Positions 30,964 through 41,197 of a stretch of DNA of 64,000 nt are shown piece after piece. This DNA comes from an uncultured Candidatus Binatia bacterium. GTDB taxonomy: Bacteria > Desulfobacterota > Binatia > Bin18. The DNA lies in NCBI GenBank assembly GCA_965200965.1, contig OZ241744.1, positions 832,001-896,000 of the forward strand. Direction: 5' to 3'. Under the pieces are notes generated by a model that worked only from the letters and a program-made list of their open reading frames with translations, made no database searches and was not told the DNA's origin. How positions within the stretch are numbered: the stretch's first letter is position 1; the number at the start of each line of letters is the position of its first letter. The position numbers and the translations under genes are program-made.

Positions 30964-32430
30964 TGTGATGGGCGGTTTTGTCGTGTACCAAGCGGTAGCC
31001 TGCTCATAGGCATAGCCCGCCCGTAGCAGTGTCTCTTCGCCAAACGCTTGTCCAATCAGTTGCAGGCTGATCGGCAGACCCTTTGCGTCAAATCCACACA
31101 GGACCGACAGCCCCGGCAGCCCGGCCAAGTTGACTGCAATCGTAAAAGCATCCGATAAATACATGGTCAAGGGATCGGTCACTTTCTCCCCGATCTGAAA
31201 CGCTGTTGTCGGCGCGGTCGGCGTGGCAATAATATCGCAACGCTCAAACGCGTCCAGAAAATCCTGCCGAATCAATTGGCGCACTTTTTGTGCCTTCAAG
31301 TAGTATGCATCATAATAGCCGGCTGACAAGGCGTAGGTGCCGAGCATAATCCGCCGCTTGACCTCCGGGCCAAATCCCTGGGCTCTGGTCCGGTGGTACA
31401 TCTCGGTCAGGTCCGTAGCCTGCTCTGCCCGATAGCCGTACTTCACCCCGTCGTAGCGGGCCAGATTCGAGCTGGCCTCGGCCGTGGCAATAATGTAGTA
31501 GGCGGCGACAGCGTAGTCGGTATGCGGCAGTGATATCGAAACTGGCTCGGCTCCAAGCGCCTCCAATTCCTCAATCGCGTGGCGTACCGCGCGTTCGACC
31601 TCGGGCTGGACACCTTCCACAAAATACTCTTTGGGAATACCGACTCTGAGGCCCTGTACGCCGCGCTCCAGCGCAGCCTGATAATCCGGCACCGGCAGGT
31701 CAACCGAGGTTGACTCTCGGGGGTCATGGCCGGCAATGACTTGGAGCAGCGTGGCGCAATCCCGCATATCCTTTGTCAGCGGTCCAACCTGATCGAGCGA
31801 TGACGCATAGGCAACGACCCCAAAGCGACTTACCCGGCCATAGCTTGGCTTTAAGCCGACCACGCCGCAAAACGAGGCCGGCAGACGGATTGAGCCACCG
31901 GTGTCGGTGCCCAGTGCTGCCAAGGCCTGGTCGGCCGCAACACAGGCCGCGGACCCGCCCGACGAACCGCCCGGTACTCTGGAGACATCCCACGGATTCC
32001 TGGTCGGCCCGTAGGCCGAGTTTTCGTTTGACGACCCCATACCAAACTCATCGCAGTTGACTTTCCCAATAATGACAGCGCCGGCGTCTTTGAGTTGGCG
32101 GGTCACGCTGGCGTCGTAGGGCGGTATGAAGTGCTCAAGGATTTTTGAGCCGGCTGTCGACCGCAAGCCTTTGGTCAGAATACTATCTTTGATCGCAATC
32201 GGAATGCCGCACAGCGGGGGAGGGGGCTGCGGGCCGGCCAAGCTACGGTCTGCCGCCTCAGCCTGGGCTAGGGCCTGCATTTCGTCAACCGTGATATACG
32301 AGTGGAGCGTCCCGTCGGTAGCCCGAATCCGTTCAAGAATGGCTCGGGTGAGTTCTTGTGCGCTGAGTTCACGCGAGTGCAATAGCGCGCGTGCTTGATG
32401 TATGGTCAGGCGAGAGAGGTTCATGGCCAT
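30961..32430 (-). CDS. gatA: Asp/Glu-tRNA amidotransferase subunit A
   Basis: [17 protein letters not shown] and SSNLARYDG motifs. Confidence 0.98.
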   Translation of the reverse strand: MAMNLSRLTIHQARALLHSRELSAQELTRAILERIRATDGTLHSYITVDEMQALAQAEAADRSLAGPQPPPPLCGIPIAIKDSILTKGLRSTAGSKILEHFIPPYDASVTRQLKDAGAVIIGKVNCDEFGMGSSNENSAYGPTRNPWDVSRVPGGSSGGSAACVAADQALAALGTDTGGSIRLPASFCGVVGLKPSYGRVSRFGVVAYASSLDQVGPLTKDMRDCATLLQVIAGHDPRESTSVDLPVPDYQAALERGVQGLRVGIPKEYFVEGVQPEVERAVRHAIEELEALGAEPVSISLPHTDYAVAAYYIIATAEASSNLARYDGVKYGYRAEQATDLTEMYHRTRAQGFGPEVKRRIMLGTYALSAGYYDAYYLKAQKVRQLIRQDFLDAFERCDIIATPTAPTTAFQIGEKVTDPLTMYLSDAFTIAVNLAGLPGLSVLCGFDAKGLPISLQLIGQAFGEETLLRAGYAYEQATAWYTTKPPIT

Positions 32431-32768
32431 TATTCAATGATCTTGGGTACTTTCAAAAAGTCGGCCTGTCGTTGTGGCGCGTTTTGGAGCATTGCGTTGG
32501 CATCGGCTCGGGTGGCGACTTGGTCGTCGCGCAGGCGGCCTGCTAAGGTGGGGAATCCTCTCTTTCCGGTAGAACGGTCAGGATCACCTGTCTTCACATC
32601 AACCGCATGGGCCAAAGGCTCAACCCTGTCCGTATCAAGCTCACTCAGCTTGTCCATGTAGGCCAAGATTGTGTCGAAGTGGGCTACTAGTTCGTCCGTC
32701 TCTGCATCGCTGAGTTCCAGGCGGGCCAAAAGGGCTACCCGCTGGACTTCTTGTCGGTTCACCCGCAT
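32430..32768 (-). CDS. gatC: Amidotransferase subunit C with a ~16-17 aa insertion
   Basis: VALLARL, LDT..VEPLAHA and FLKVPKII motifs; position upstream of gatA. Confidence 0.93.
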   Translation of the reverse strand: MRVNRQEVQRVALLARLELSDAETDELVAHFDTILAYMDKLSELDTDRVEPLAHAVDVKTGDPDRSTGKRGFPTLAGRLRDDQVATRADANAMLQNAPQRQADFLKVPKIIE

Positions 32769-32830
32769 GGTCTGAACATCCTAAAAGAAAGGCATTGATC
32801 CGACTAGGGGCTCTCGGTTACTCTTTGACT

Positions 32831-33214
32831 ATGGCGGACGATCGAGGGCACTTAGGCCAGTCTGGGGAGGCGGAGGCCGAGCGATTCTTACGGGCAAAAG
32901 GCTATATCATTATGGCCAAAAACTACCGCTCTCGGCTGGGTGAGATTGACTTGGTGGCTCTGCATCAGCACACGGTGGTCTTTGTTGAGGTCCGTAGCCT
33001 GAGCGGACCTGAGTTCGGTGACCCGCTGGCAACAGTGACGCTGCGCAAGCAGTGCCACATTGCCAAAACTGCCCTGGCCTATCTCAGTCGTTACCAGTTG
33101 CACGACCGGGCGGCTCGTTTTGATGTTATTGGCATTCAGTGGCACAATGATGCGAAGCGGCCGCTTCGCATCAGCCATATTCAAGACGCTTTTGAGTTGC
33201 CAGCCGCTCTCTAG
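32831..33214 (+). CDS. yraN: YraN (UPF0102) family protein
   Basis: GQSGE..A, NYRSRLGEIDLV, VFVEVR and RFDVI motifs. Confidence 0.92.
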   Translation: MADDRGHLGQSGEAEAERFLRAKGYIIMAKNYRSRLGEIDLVALHQHTVVFVEVRSLSGPEFGDPLATVTLRKQCHIAKTALAYLSRYQLHDRAARFDVIGIQWHNDAKRPLRISHIQDAFELPAAL

Positions 33215-33222
33215 AGGTTCCC

Positions 33223-34503
33223 GTGCTGGATATAAAAATCGTCCGTGAGCAGCCCGAGTTTGTCAAACAGGAACTCAGCAAAGTTGATTTCCCGGCCGAA
33301 GATATTGATGCCCTGTTGGAGTGTGACCGCCGCCGGCGTACGGTCATCCAGGAAACCGAGTCGCTGCGCGCCCATCGCACCAGCCGTTCAAAAGAGCTCC
33401 GCTACCTCATTGACCCCCAGGGGCACCAACAGGCTATTGACGAAATGCGGGTGGTCGGCGACCGAATCGGTCAGCTCGAAAAAGAGCTCAACAGCCTTGA
33501 GAACGAGTTTCAGCAGCGTTTGCTGTTGATCCCGAACTTGCCGCATCCAGATGTTCCGGTCGGCAGAGACGAGCACGACAACCGCATCACGCGGCTGGTT
33601 GGCGAACAACGTGAGTTTGCTTTTCCGCCCAAGCCGCACTGGGAGTTGGCCGAGCAGCTGGGGATTATCGATTTTGTGCGCGGGGTCAAAATTTCCGGGA
33701 CCCGTTTCCATGTCCTCAAGGGGCTTGGTGCCCGTCTCCAGCGCGCTCTGATCAGTTGGATGCTAGACCTGCACATCACTGAACACGGTTATACCGAGGT
33801 GTATCCACCGGTCATGGTCAAGGAGCAGTGTCTGGTCGGGACCGGCAATCTGCCCAGATTCGGCGACAACCTGTATCGGGATCTTGAAGAAGACTTCTGG
33901 TTTATCCCCACGGCCGAGGTGCCGGTGACTAATCTGTACCGTGACGAGTTGCTTGAGGCCGAGCAGTTGCCCATCTGCCATGTGGCCTACACTCCGTGTT
34001 TTCGGCGAGAAAAAATGTCGGCCGGCCGCGATGTGCGCGGGATCAAACGGGGTCATCAGTTTGATAAGGTCGAAATGGTCAAGTTTGTCCGACCCGAGAC
34101 CTCGGACGCCGAACTTACCAGCCTACTTGATAATGCCGAGGATGTCTGCCGCGGGCTCGGCATCCCCCACCGGGTAGTTCAGGTGTGTACCGGTGACCTG
34201 AGCTTTGTGGCCGCCATGAAGTACGATGTGGAAATGTGGGCCCCGGGCTGCTACGAGTGGCTGGAGGTCAGTTCGTGCTCGAACTTCCGGGATTTTCAGG
34301 CCCGTCGGGCCAAGATTCGCTATCGTCCAACCCGCGGAGCCAAACCAGAATTCCTGCATACTTTAAACGGTTCCGGTTTGGCCCTGCCACGCGTACTTAT
34401 TGCTGTGCTGGAGAATTACCAACAGGCGGACGGTAGTGTCGAGATTCCGGCTGTCTTACGGCCCTATATGGTTGGAATAGAGCGGATCGGTCCGCCGACC
34501 TGA
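33223..34503 (+). CDS. serS: Serine--tRNA ligase
   Basis: MLDIK start; PTAEVP, CFRRE, EVSSCSN and TLNGSGLA motifs. Confidence 0.98.
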   Translation: MLDIKIVREQPEFVKQELSKVDFPAEDIDALLECDRRRRTVIQETESLRAHRTSRSKELRYLIDPQGHQQAIDEMRVVGDRIGQLEKELNSLENEFQQRLLLIPNLPHPDVPVGRDEHDNRITRLVGEQREFAFPPKPHWELAEQLGIIDFVRGVKISGTRFHVLKGLGARLQRALISWMLDLHITEHGYTEVYPPVMVKEQCLVGTGNLPRFGDNLYRDLEEDFWFIPTAEVPVTNLYRDELLEAEQLPICHVAYTPCFRREKMSAGRDVRGIKRGHQFDKVEMVKFVRPETSDAELTSLLDNAEDVCRGLGIPHRVVQVCTGDLSFVAAMKYDVEMWAPGCYEWLEVSSCSNFRDFQARRAKIRYRPTRGAKPEFLHTLNGSGLALPRVLIAVLENYQQADGSVEIPAVLRPYMVGIERIGPPT

Positions 34504-34651
34504 AGCGACGCTAGGGGCGGTGGACCCAGGCGAGATTAGAGGAGCAAATTTGTCGTATAACGCTGTCTAATCCCGACTTTTGTCCGCTGACTCAGGGGGC
34601 TTGACGGGTCGAGAAGGGGCAGATACTTAGTCGGCCAGACATGGCGGAATT

Positions 34652-35008
34652 GTGGTACCCGGAGCGGAAAAAGAAGAGTCTGGCCAGGACCTTGAAGACA
34701 AGATTGAGCGCCTGACCAAAGAACTCTCCAGCCTCATCAATGAAGCTGGAACACAGAGGCGAGAAGAACTGCGTGAATATGCGGTCAGCCTGATCCAGAC
34801 AGAGACGGCCCTAGTTGAAGAGCCGGCCGAGCGGGAGGTAAGCAAACAGGAGTTGGCCTTTAACCCTTTAGCTCTGAGTATTCCCTTTGTCCTGATTGGC
34901 ATCCTTCTGCTCCTCCTCTTTCCTCCAGTTGGGGCAGTCATGCTCCTGTTTGCGGCGGTGATGGCGGTCGGCGGAGGGCTCTATACGCTGCTGTTTCATC
35001 GCAAATAG
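34652..35008 (+). CDS. Hypothetical membrane protein
   Basis: Acidic helical N-terminus plus two C-terminal hydrophobic segments; directly upstream of the Rieske gene. Confidence 0.7.
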   Translation: MVPGAEKEESGQDLEDKIERLTKELSSLINEAGTQRREELREYAVSLIQTETALVEEPAEREVSKQELAFNPLALSIPFVLIGILLLLLFPPVGAVMLLFAAVMAVGGGLYTLLFHRK

Positions 35009-35025
35009 ACATCACTCAGGAGGAA

Positions 35026-35637
35026 ATGTGTGATATGGCCAGAAAACCCATCTCACAAGAAGAACAACAGGAAATCGAAGCCCGGCGACGCATTGAACAG
35101 GTTGCCGAACGCAAAAAACGGGTCTCTGAGCGGTCTGAGCGTCCTGGTCTCTGGTCGCGGCGTGACTTTTTTGGTCGGCTCAGTTGGGGCGGCTTTGGTC
35201 TGGTGTCTCTGGTGAGTCTGCTGGCCTTTGTACGGTCGGCTTTTCCCCGCGTGCTCTTCCTGCCCCCTTCAAAATTCAAAGCTGGTTTTCCGGGTGACTA
35301 TCCAGTAGGCGAAGTGAGCGAAAAATATACCCAAGAATTTCGGGTGTGGATCGTCCGTGAACCCGTAGGACTGTACGCGATCTTTGCCAAATGCACCCAT
35401 CTCGGCTGCACTCCACGCTGGTCGGGATCTGAGAACAAGTACAAGTGCCCCTGCCATGGGAGTGGCTATTACAAGACTGGCTATAATTTCGAAGGGCCTG
35501 CGCCCCGTCCCATGGATCGCTTCCAGCTCTCGCTGGATGAGGAAGGGCAGTTAGAGGTGGATATGAGCAAGGTGTTCACCATGCAGCCCGGGGTTGATCC
35601 CAACAAGCAACATCCGGACAGTATTCTCAGGATCTAA
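35026..35637 (+). CDS. Rieske 2Fe-2S subunit of a cytochrome bc complex
   Basis: Tat motif SRRDFF, CTHLGC and CPCHGS. Confidence 0.95.
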   Translation: MCDMARKPISQEEQQEIEARRRIEQVAERKKRVSERSERPGLWSRRDFFGRLSWGGFGLVSLVSLLAFVRSAFPRVLFLPPSKFKAGFPGDYPVGEVSEKYTQEFRVWIVREPVGLYAIFAKCTHLGCTPRWSGSENKYKCPCHGSGYYKTGYNFEGPAPRPMDRFQLSLDEEGQLEVDMSKVFTMQPGVDPNKQHPDSILRI

Positions 35638-35659
35638 CCAATACAGAGGAAGAGACTTT

Positions 35660-36430
35660 ATGAGTCAGTGGGACGAACTCAAACGCCAGGTGATGGAATC
35701 GCAGGCGTGGCAGTCCATCTTTCGTCACGGCTACGAGGACACGCCGCGGAACCGGATCCTGATGGTGTCGGGTAATGTGTGGCTTCATCTCCATCCGTCT
35801 AAAGTCCGTAAGCATTCGACCCGTTTACGCTTCACTTGGTGTATGGGCGGTATTACCTTCCTCATGTTTCTAGTGACGACTATAACCGGGATATATCTTA
35901 TGTTTTACTACCGGCCGGTCGCCGAATACGCCTACGCGGATATCAAATATCTCGAGTTTGATATGCCGTTCGGTATGTTGATGCGCAACATGCACCGCTG
36001 GGCGGCGCACGGCATGGTCATTGCCGTATGGCTCCATATGTTCCGCGTCTTTATGACCGGCTCCTATAAACCGCCGCGCGAGTTTAACTGGGTAGTCGGG
36101 GTCATTCTGCTGGTGCTGACCCTTTTACTGTCCTTCACCGGTTACCTGTTGCCCTGGGACCAGCTGTCGATTTGGGCGGTGTCGGTTGGATCGAACATGG
36201 GCCGTGCCACACCTCTGTTGGGCCACGAAGGGCCGGGCCGCGAGTTGTTAGGGGTCAACGCGGTCTACGACGCCCGGGCTTTTCTGTTTGGCGGTGGAGA
36301 AATTGGGGCGCACACCCTGCTGCGCTTCTACATCCTGCATTGTATTTTTATCCCCTTGGTCACCAGTTTGTTCCTGGCAGTTCATTTTTGGCGGATTCGT
36401 CGGGATGGGTTCTCTGGTCCTCCATTGTAG
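35660..36430 (+). CDS. Cytochrome b6-like N-terminal subunit
   Basis: WCMGG, MHRWAAH..LHMFRV, GYLLPWDQ and RFYILH..VH motifs. Confidence 0.95.
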   Translation: MSQWDELKRQVMESQAWQSIFRHGYEDTPRNRILMVSGNVWLHLHPSKVRKHSTRLRFTWCMGGITFLMFLVTTITGIYLMFYYRPVAEYAYADIKYLEFDMPFGMLMRNMHRWAAHGMVIAVWLHMFRVFMTGSYKPPREFNWVVGVILLVLTLLLSFTGYLLPWDQLSIWAVSVGSNMGRATPLLGHEGPGRELLGVNAVYDARAFLFGGGEIGAHTLLRFYILHCIFIPLVTSLFLAVHFWRIRRDGFSGPPL

Positions 36431-36442
36431 AAGGAGTCTGTT

Positions 36443-36532
36443 ATGCATGTGCTTGTTGTGCCAATCCTTATGGTCCTGGTGTTGTGGGGGCTGTACCTGA
36501 TTGCCAAGCCCTCCGTCCACAAGGATTCCTAA
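36443..36532 (+). CDS. 29-aa single-TM peptide inside the bc operon
   Basis: AAGGAG RBS; MHVLVVPILMVLVLWGLYLIAKPSVHKDS* fills the intergenic gap. Confidence 0.6.
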   Translation: MHVLVVPILMVLVLWGLYLIAKPSVHKDS

Positions 36533-36550
36533 ACCGCTGTGGAGAGATGT

Positions 36551-37351
36551 ATGGCTGAAATAAACGCTCCAATGCCACGACGGGTTGAGGCCTCGCTTAA
36601 AAAAGCGGGCAAGCCCGGGGATGACAAAGTCCACACTTGGCCATTTCTGGTACGCAGTGAGTTTCTATGCACAATCCTTGTCCTGGTCTTTCTGCTCTTC
36701 TGGTCCTTGTTAGTGGACGCTCCGCTGGAAGAGCCGGCCAACCCGGGGCGCACACCCAACCCCTCAAAAGCTCCCTGGTACTTCCTGGGCTTACAGGAAA
36801 TTCTAGTGTTTTTTGACCCCTGGCACGCCGGCGTAGTTGCCCCGACCTTTATCATTGTCGGCCTGATGGTCATTCCCTATATCGACATCAACACCAAAGG
36901 GAACGGCTACTATACATTCAAAGAGCGCAAGTATGAGATCCTGACGTTTCTGTTTGGCTTTCAGGTCCTGTGGGTGTCAACGGTCATTATTGGGACCTTT
37001 CTGCGCGGCCCGGGCTGGAACTGGTTTTGGCCCTGGGAGCCGTGGGATTCCCATAAGGTTGAAGCCATGACGAACCAGGATCTGCCTTACTTGGTCGGGT
37101 TTCGCGACTACTGGACCTCGGCCGCCTTTGGCGGCGGGCTGGTTGTGCTGTACTTTGTTATGGGGATCATCCTGATGTACTGGTGGGTGGTATGGATCAA
37201 GGGCCGGGAGTTCATGCGACGCTGGGGGATGGCGCGTTTTGGACTCACTGCATTTCTGTTTCTGAATATGCTTGCTATTGTGGTCAAGATGGTGATGCGG
37301 AGTACTTTTAACATCAAATATATTATGGTGACGCCGTGGCTGAATATATGA
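36551..37351 (+). CDS. Cytochrome b C-terminal subunit (subunit IV-like, extended)
   Basis: APLEEPANP..TPNPSKAPWYF (PEWY-equivalent) and several TM helices. Confidence 0.9.
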   Translation: MAEINAPMPRRVEASLKKAGKPGDDKVHTWPFLVRSEFLCTILVLVFLLFWSLLVDAPLEEPANPGRTPNPSKAPWYFLGLQEILVFFDPWHAGVVAPTFIIVGLMVIPYIDINTKGNGYYTFKERKYEILTFLFGFQVLWVSTVIIGTFLRGPGWNWFWPWEPWDSHKVEAMTNQDLPYLVGFRDYWTSAAFGGGLVVLYFVMGIILMYWWVVWIKGREFMRRWGMARFGLTAFLFLNMLAIVVKMVMRSTFNIKYIMVTPWLNI

Positions 37352-37361
37352 GGCTCGGTCG

Positions 37362-37532
37362 GTGTTGGGTGTGGCGAGATTTTTACAGGCCTTGGCGCTG
37401 GCTGTTGTGGGCTACGCGCTGATGGTCGGCCTGACCGAAGCTAACAGCATGGGCAAGGAATTATACCTCCTTGGGTTCGGCGTTGTAGTGTTTTACCTTG
37501 GCCGTCTGCTTGAACAGCGGGTATGCTCCTGA
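37362..37532 (+). CDS. 56-aa two-TM protein inside the bc operon
   Basis: GTG start; LGVARFLQALALAVVGYALMVGL..ELYLLGFGVVVFYLGRLLEQR fills the gap to the next gene. Confidence 0.65.
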   Translation: MLGVARFLQALALAVVGYALMVGLTEANSMGKELYLLGFGVVVFYLGRLLEQRVCS

Positions 37533-37541
37533 GTTGGATGT

Positions 37542-40304
37542 ATGGCACGCAGAGAGCTCGACGACGAGAAAAAATCGTATAGCGGACTGTTCCTCTTCTG
37601 TATTGGACTGTTACTGATGGGGACGGTCTGGTCGGTCTGGGATGACTCCGTATCGCGTCGTCCGTGGAAAAGATATCAAGCTGAGTTCGCCCGTATTTCG
37701 TACGATACGCTCACTGCAGACCTTCAGCGCGAGGAGGAACGGCTGGCCAATGATCCGGCCTATCAAGAGGCGCTGACTAAATTTGCCGAAGCCCAAGATC
37801 AGATCAGCGGCGGCGAGGGTGCCGAGCGCCTAGCCCAGTTGCAGGCTGAGTTGGCGGTTGCCGAAGTAGCAGCTAGCGAGGCCGAAAACGCCCTGCGCTT
37901 AGTCCGCAGCGAGATTGAGGTGGCCTGGTATGAGTATGATCATGCCATTATTACAGACCATTCGATCCGCGAACCCAAGGAGCACCTTAATGCGCTGCTA
38001 GCCGAAGCTGAGGTCTTGGATACAGACTTCAAAGCCAAAACCGCACACCGCGACCAACTCCAGAACGAAATTGATGAAATAAACCTGAGTGTGCGGGAGT
38101 GGGACGATACACTCAGGCGGCTGACTTCTGACCGTGAGCGCTTAAAGCAGCGACTGGATGATACTGTCCTGTTTGCCTCTGATGGTTTCATCATTCCCTA
38201 TTTCCCGGCTATTAATCAGATTGTCTTGCCCGAGTTTGATCGGAGCAATTTTGATACCCCTTTGCAGCGTGTTGACCGCTGTACTTCGTGTCACATTGGG
38301 ATTAACCGCAGCGGCTTTGAGGATCAGCCCAATCCGTATAAAACCCACCCCCACCGTCGGACCTTGCTGGGCAGTCATGTCGGATGCACGCCGTGTCATG
38401 AGGGGCAAGGAGTGGCAACCAACAGCATCGCCCAGGCCCACGGCAATGTCCAATTCTGGGAACACCCGTTGCTTGAGGGCGAGAAGGTAGAGGCCAACTG
38501 CATTAAATGTCACGCCGATGTACAGGATATTGAATTTGCCGACAATATCGCCCGGGGTGAAAAACTGTTCATGCAAGTCGGTTGCACCGGCTGTCACTTG
38601 GTTGAAGGTTATGGTGACGCCCGGAAGATTGGCCCCTACCTGAGACGGGTTGCGGCAAAAGCCGATCCGTCCTGGCTCGTTGAGTGGGTGACCAACCCGC
38701 ACCAATTCCGTCCCCAGACCCGTATGCCGCAGTTCTTTTTTACCCAGGAGCAGGGCAAAGCCATTGCCGCCTATCTCCTCAATGCGAGTCAAGAAGAGGG
38801 TCAGGCTTGGCTGGATGCGCGGCCCGCGCCAGAGGGCATTGATCCGACCGACACCGCCCTGGTCGAAAGAGGCAGAGCGCTGGCCAATTCGGTCGGCTGC
38901 CGGGGCTGTCACATGTTGGAAGAGGGGCAAACTGCGACCCTGGTCGGCTCGGCCAAGACATATGCGCCGCTGCTGGCACGGATTGCTGAAAAGACCAGCT
39001 CGCGCTGGTTGTATTACTGGATTAAGAACCCCCGCGACTACTCGTCGCATACGGCCATGCCAAGTCTGCGTCTGACCGATGATGAGGCTAAAGCAATCGT
39101 CTCGTACCTGATGACGCTGGGAGAAAAACCGGCCGCCTTTGCCTCCCGGCCCGACTTGGACGATGCCGAGTTGATCAACCACGGCCAGGGATTAGTCCGC
39201 CAGCACGGCTGTCACGGCTGTCATGAGATTCCGGGTATGGAAAGAGAGGGCCGGATTGGCGTAGAGCTGTCCGCGTTTGGCTCCAAGACGCTTGAAGAGC
39301 TATACTTTGGGAACCGGACCGACATCCCGCATACCTGGGACGGCTGGACCTATTACAAGATCAAAGAGCCGCGTGGCTATGCAACCGAGCGGATTGAGCA
39401 GCTCATGCCGTGGTTCAATCTACCGGATGAAGACATCCGTCTGCTTCGGGTCTTTCTGACTAGTCGGACCGAAGGAGAATTCAGCGAAGCCTACCATGCC
39501 CTCAGCAAATGGACTCCCGCGTTGGTTGAGGGTCAGCGCATGGTCCACTACTACAACTGCACCGGCTGCCATGTAATAGAGGACAAGGGGGGAGACATTC
39601 GAGTGCTGTACCAAGAGAGTCCGACGCTTGCCCCGCCCATCCTGAAGGGACAAGGCGAGAAGGTTCAACCCGAATGGTTGTACGAATTCCTGAAAGGACC
39701 GACCCCGATCCGACCCTGGCTTGAGGTTCGTATGCCAAGCTTCCACTTCAGCGATACCGATGCCCGGACCGTGGTTGATTACTTTATCGCCCAAGCCAAG
39801 CTCGAAAATCCGTACACCTATCTTAATCCGGCTGAACTGCCACCCCACATGGTCCAGGCCGGCGAGATCCTCATGTCCGATGACTACTTCGCCTGCTTCT
39901 CGTGCCATCAGCAGGGCGACAAAAAACCAGAGGGGCCTCCTGAAGGCTGGGCACCCGATTTGGAACTGGCTAAAGATCGTCTGAATCCAGAGTGGGTCGT
40001 CAAATGGATTGCAGATCCTCAAACACTGATGCCGGGAACGCGTATGCCCAGCTTTTATCCAGGCGGCCCGGATGATATTCTGGATGCCGATGAGCCCAAA
40101 CAGATGGAAGCCATGCGGGACTATATTTGGACTCTGGGCCTGCCTCAGGTAGCGAAACTGGCAGATCCTGACTCGGCCGCGCCCGCTGAGGAACCGGCTG
40201 AGAGCACAGGACCTGCTCCAGAAACGACTGTGCCGTCTGGGGAATCGGTCCAGACTGATAAGCAGTATGTGGCTCCCGCCGTCCAGCGGACGGATCGAGG
40301 ATGA
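37542..40304 (+). CDS. Membrane-anchored octaheme c-type cytochrome
   Basis: N-terminal TM and coiled coil, then eight CxxCH (CTSCH, CTPCH, CIKCH, CTGCH, CRGCH, CHGCH, CTGCH, CFSCH). Confidence 0.93.
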   Translation: MARRELDDEKKSYSGLFLFCIGLLLMGTVWSVWDDSVSRRPWKRYQAEFARISYDTLTADLQREEERLANDPAYQEALTKFAEAQDQISGGEGAERLAQLQAELAVAEVAASEAENALRLVRSEIEVAWYEYDHAIITDHSIREPKEHLNALLAEAEVLDTDFKAKTAHRDQLQNEIDEINLSVREWDDTLRRLTSDRERLKQRLDDTVLFASDGFIIPYFPAINQIVLPEFDRSNFDTPLQRVDRCTSCHIGINRSGFEDQPNPYKTHPHRRTLLGSHVGCTPCHEGQGVATNSIAQAHGNVQFWEHPLLEGEKVEANCIKCHADVQDIEFADNIARGEKLFMQVGCTGCHLVEGYGDARKIGPYLRRVAAKADPSWLVEWVTNPHQFRPQTRMPQFFFTQEQGKAIAAYLLNASQEEGQAWLDARPAPEGIDPTDTALVERGRALANSVGCRGCHMLEEGQTATLVGSAKTYAPLLARIAEKTSSRWLYYWIKNPRDYSSHTAMPSLRLTDDEAKAIVSYLMTLGEKPAAFASRPDLDDAELINHGQGLVRQHGCHGCHEIPGMEREGRIGVELSAFGSKTLEELYFGNRTDIPHTWDGWTYYKIKEPRGYATERIEQLMPWFNLPDEDIRLLRVFLTSRTEGEFSEAYHALSKWTPALVEGQRMVHYYNCTGCHVIEDKGGDIRVLYQESPTLAPPILKGQGEKVQPEWLYEFLKGPTPIRPWLEVRMPSFHFSDTDARTVVDYFIAQAKLENPYTYLNPAELPPHMVQAGEILMSDDYFACFSCHQQGDKKPEGPPEGWAPDLELAKDRLNPEWVVKWIADPQTLMPGTRMPSFYPGGPDDILDADEPKQMEAMRDYIWTLGLPQVAKLADPDSAAPAEEPAESTGPAPETTVPSGESVQTDKQYVAPAVQRTDRG

Positions 40305-40331
40305 GAACGCAACACTGGAGAAGGAGGAGAT

Positions 40332-41051
40332 ATGTGCAGTTGTAGACACCTGGTTCTGGTTGTCCTGGGTATTCCTGTTCTGGCCCTTTCAAGTGCTTGG
40401 GGCTATGAGGACGGAGTTGTGAGTAACGGGGGAAAGATTGTCGGAACCGTAAAGTTTGTCGGTGAGGCCCCGGCTATGGTCAAGATTGAGACGACCAAAG
40501 ATGTAGAGGTGTGCGGCAAAACCGAGAAGTTTGACGAGGCGCTTGTTGTCGGCGATGGGAACGGGCTGAAGAATGTCGTCGTGTCCATTGTCAACATTGA
40601 AAAGGGCAAGGCCCAGGCTGCCGAGGGGGGCACTCTTGACCAGAAGGAATGTGTGTACCGCCCGCGTGTCATCCTCTCGCCAGCCGGGGCTGAGTTGAAT
40701 ATCTTGAACAACGACGGGATTTTGCACAATATCCACACCTACAGCGAAGCCAACCCCCCAATCAACAAAGCCCAGCCCAAGTTCCGCAGGAAGATGACGC
40801 AGAAATTCGACAAAGCCGAAACGGTTCGGGTTGAGTGCGATGCGCATAGTTGGATGAAGGGTTGGCTGGTTGTGACCGACCATCCGTACTATGCTGTCAC
40901 TGACGCTAGTGGGATGTTTGAGCTGGCAGAGGTGCCGGCCGGTTCGTATATCCTGAGATTCTGGCATGAAACGCTAGGTGAAATGACGCAGGATGTGACA
41001 GTCGAGGCTGGTCAATTGGTCTCGCTCACAGTTGAAATGGTCCAGAACTGA
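40332..41051 (+). CDS. Secreted cupredoxin-like/carboxypeptidase-regulatory-like domain protein
   Basis: Signal peptide; DQKEC..P, HNIH, CDAHSWM and HPYYAVTD..G.F motifs. Confidence 0.8.
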   Translation: MCSCRHLVLVVLGIPVLALSSAWGYEDGVVSNGGKIVGTVKFVGEAPAMVKIETTKDVEVCGKTEKFDEALVVGDGNGLKNVVVSIVNIEKGKAQAAEGGTLDQKECVYRPRVILSPAGAELNILNNDGILHNIHTYSEANPPINKAQPKFRRKMTQKFDKAETVRVECDAHSWMKGWLVVTDHPYYAVTDASGMFELAEVPAGSYILRFWHETLGEMTQDVTVEAGQLVSLTVEMVQN

Positions 41052-41097
41052 TTTTTCCAGGACTGTTTTCAGAAGAGGCTTCCAGCCTCTCCTTCAT

Positions 41098-41133
41098 AAA
41101 ACCATTTATTGACTATAGTCAATAAATGGTTTT
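41098..41133. repeat. 36-bp perfect palindrome centred on TGACTATAGTCA
   Basis: AAAACCATTTATTGACTATAGTCAATAAATGGTTTT is its own reverse complement. Confidence 0.9.
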
Positions 41134-41197
41134 CCAAAAAACGCTTTTCTGGTTAGGTATTGTCTCGTTATGTCCTGATATTTTGTCTCCAAAGGAC

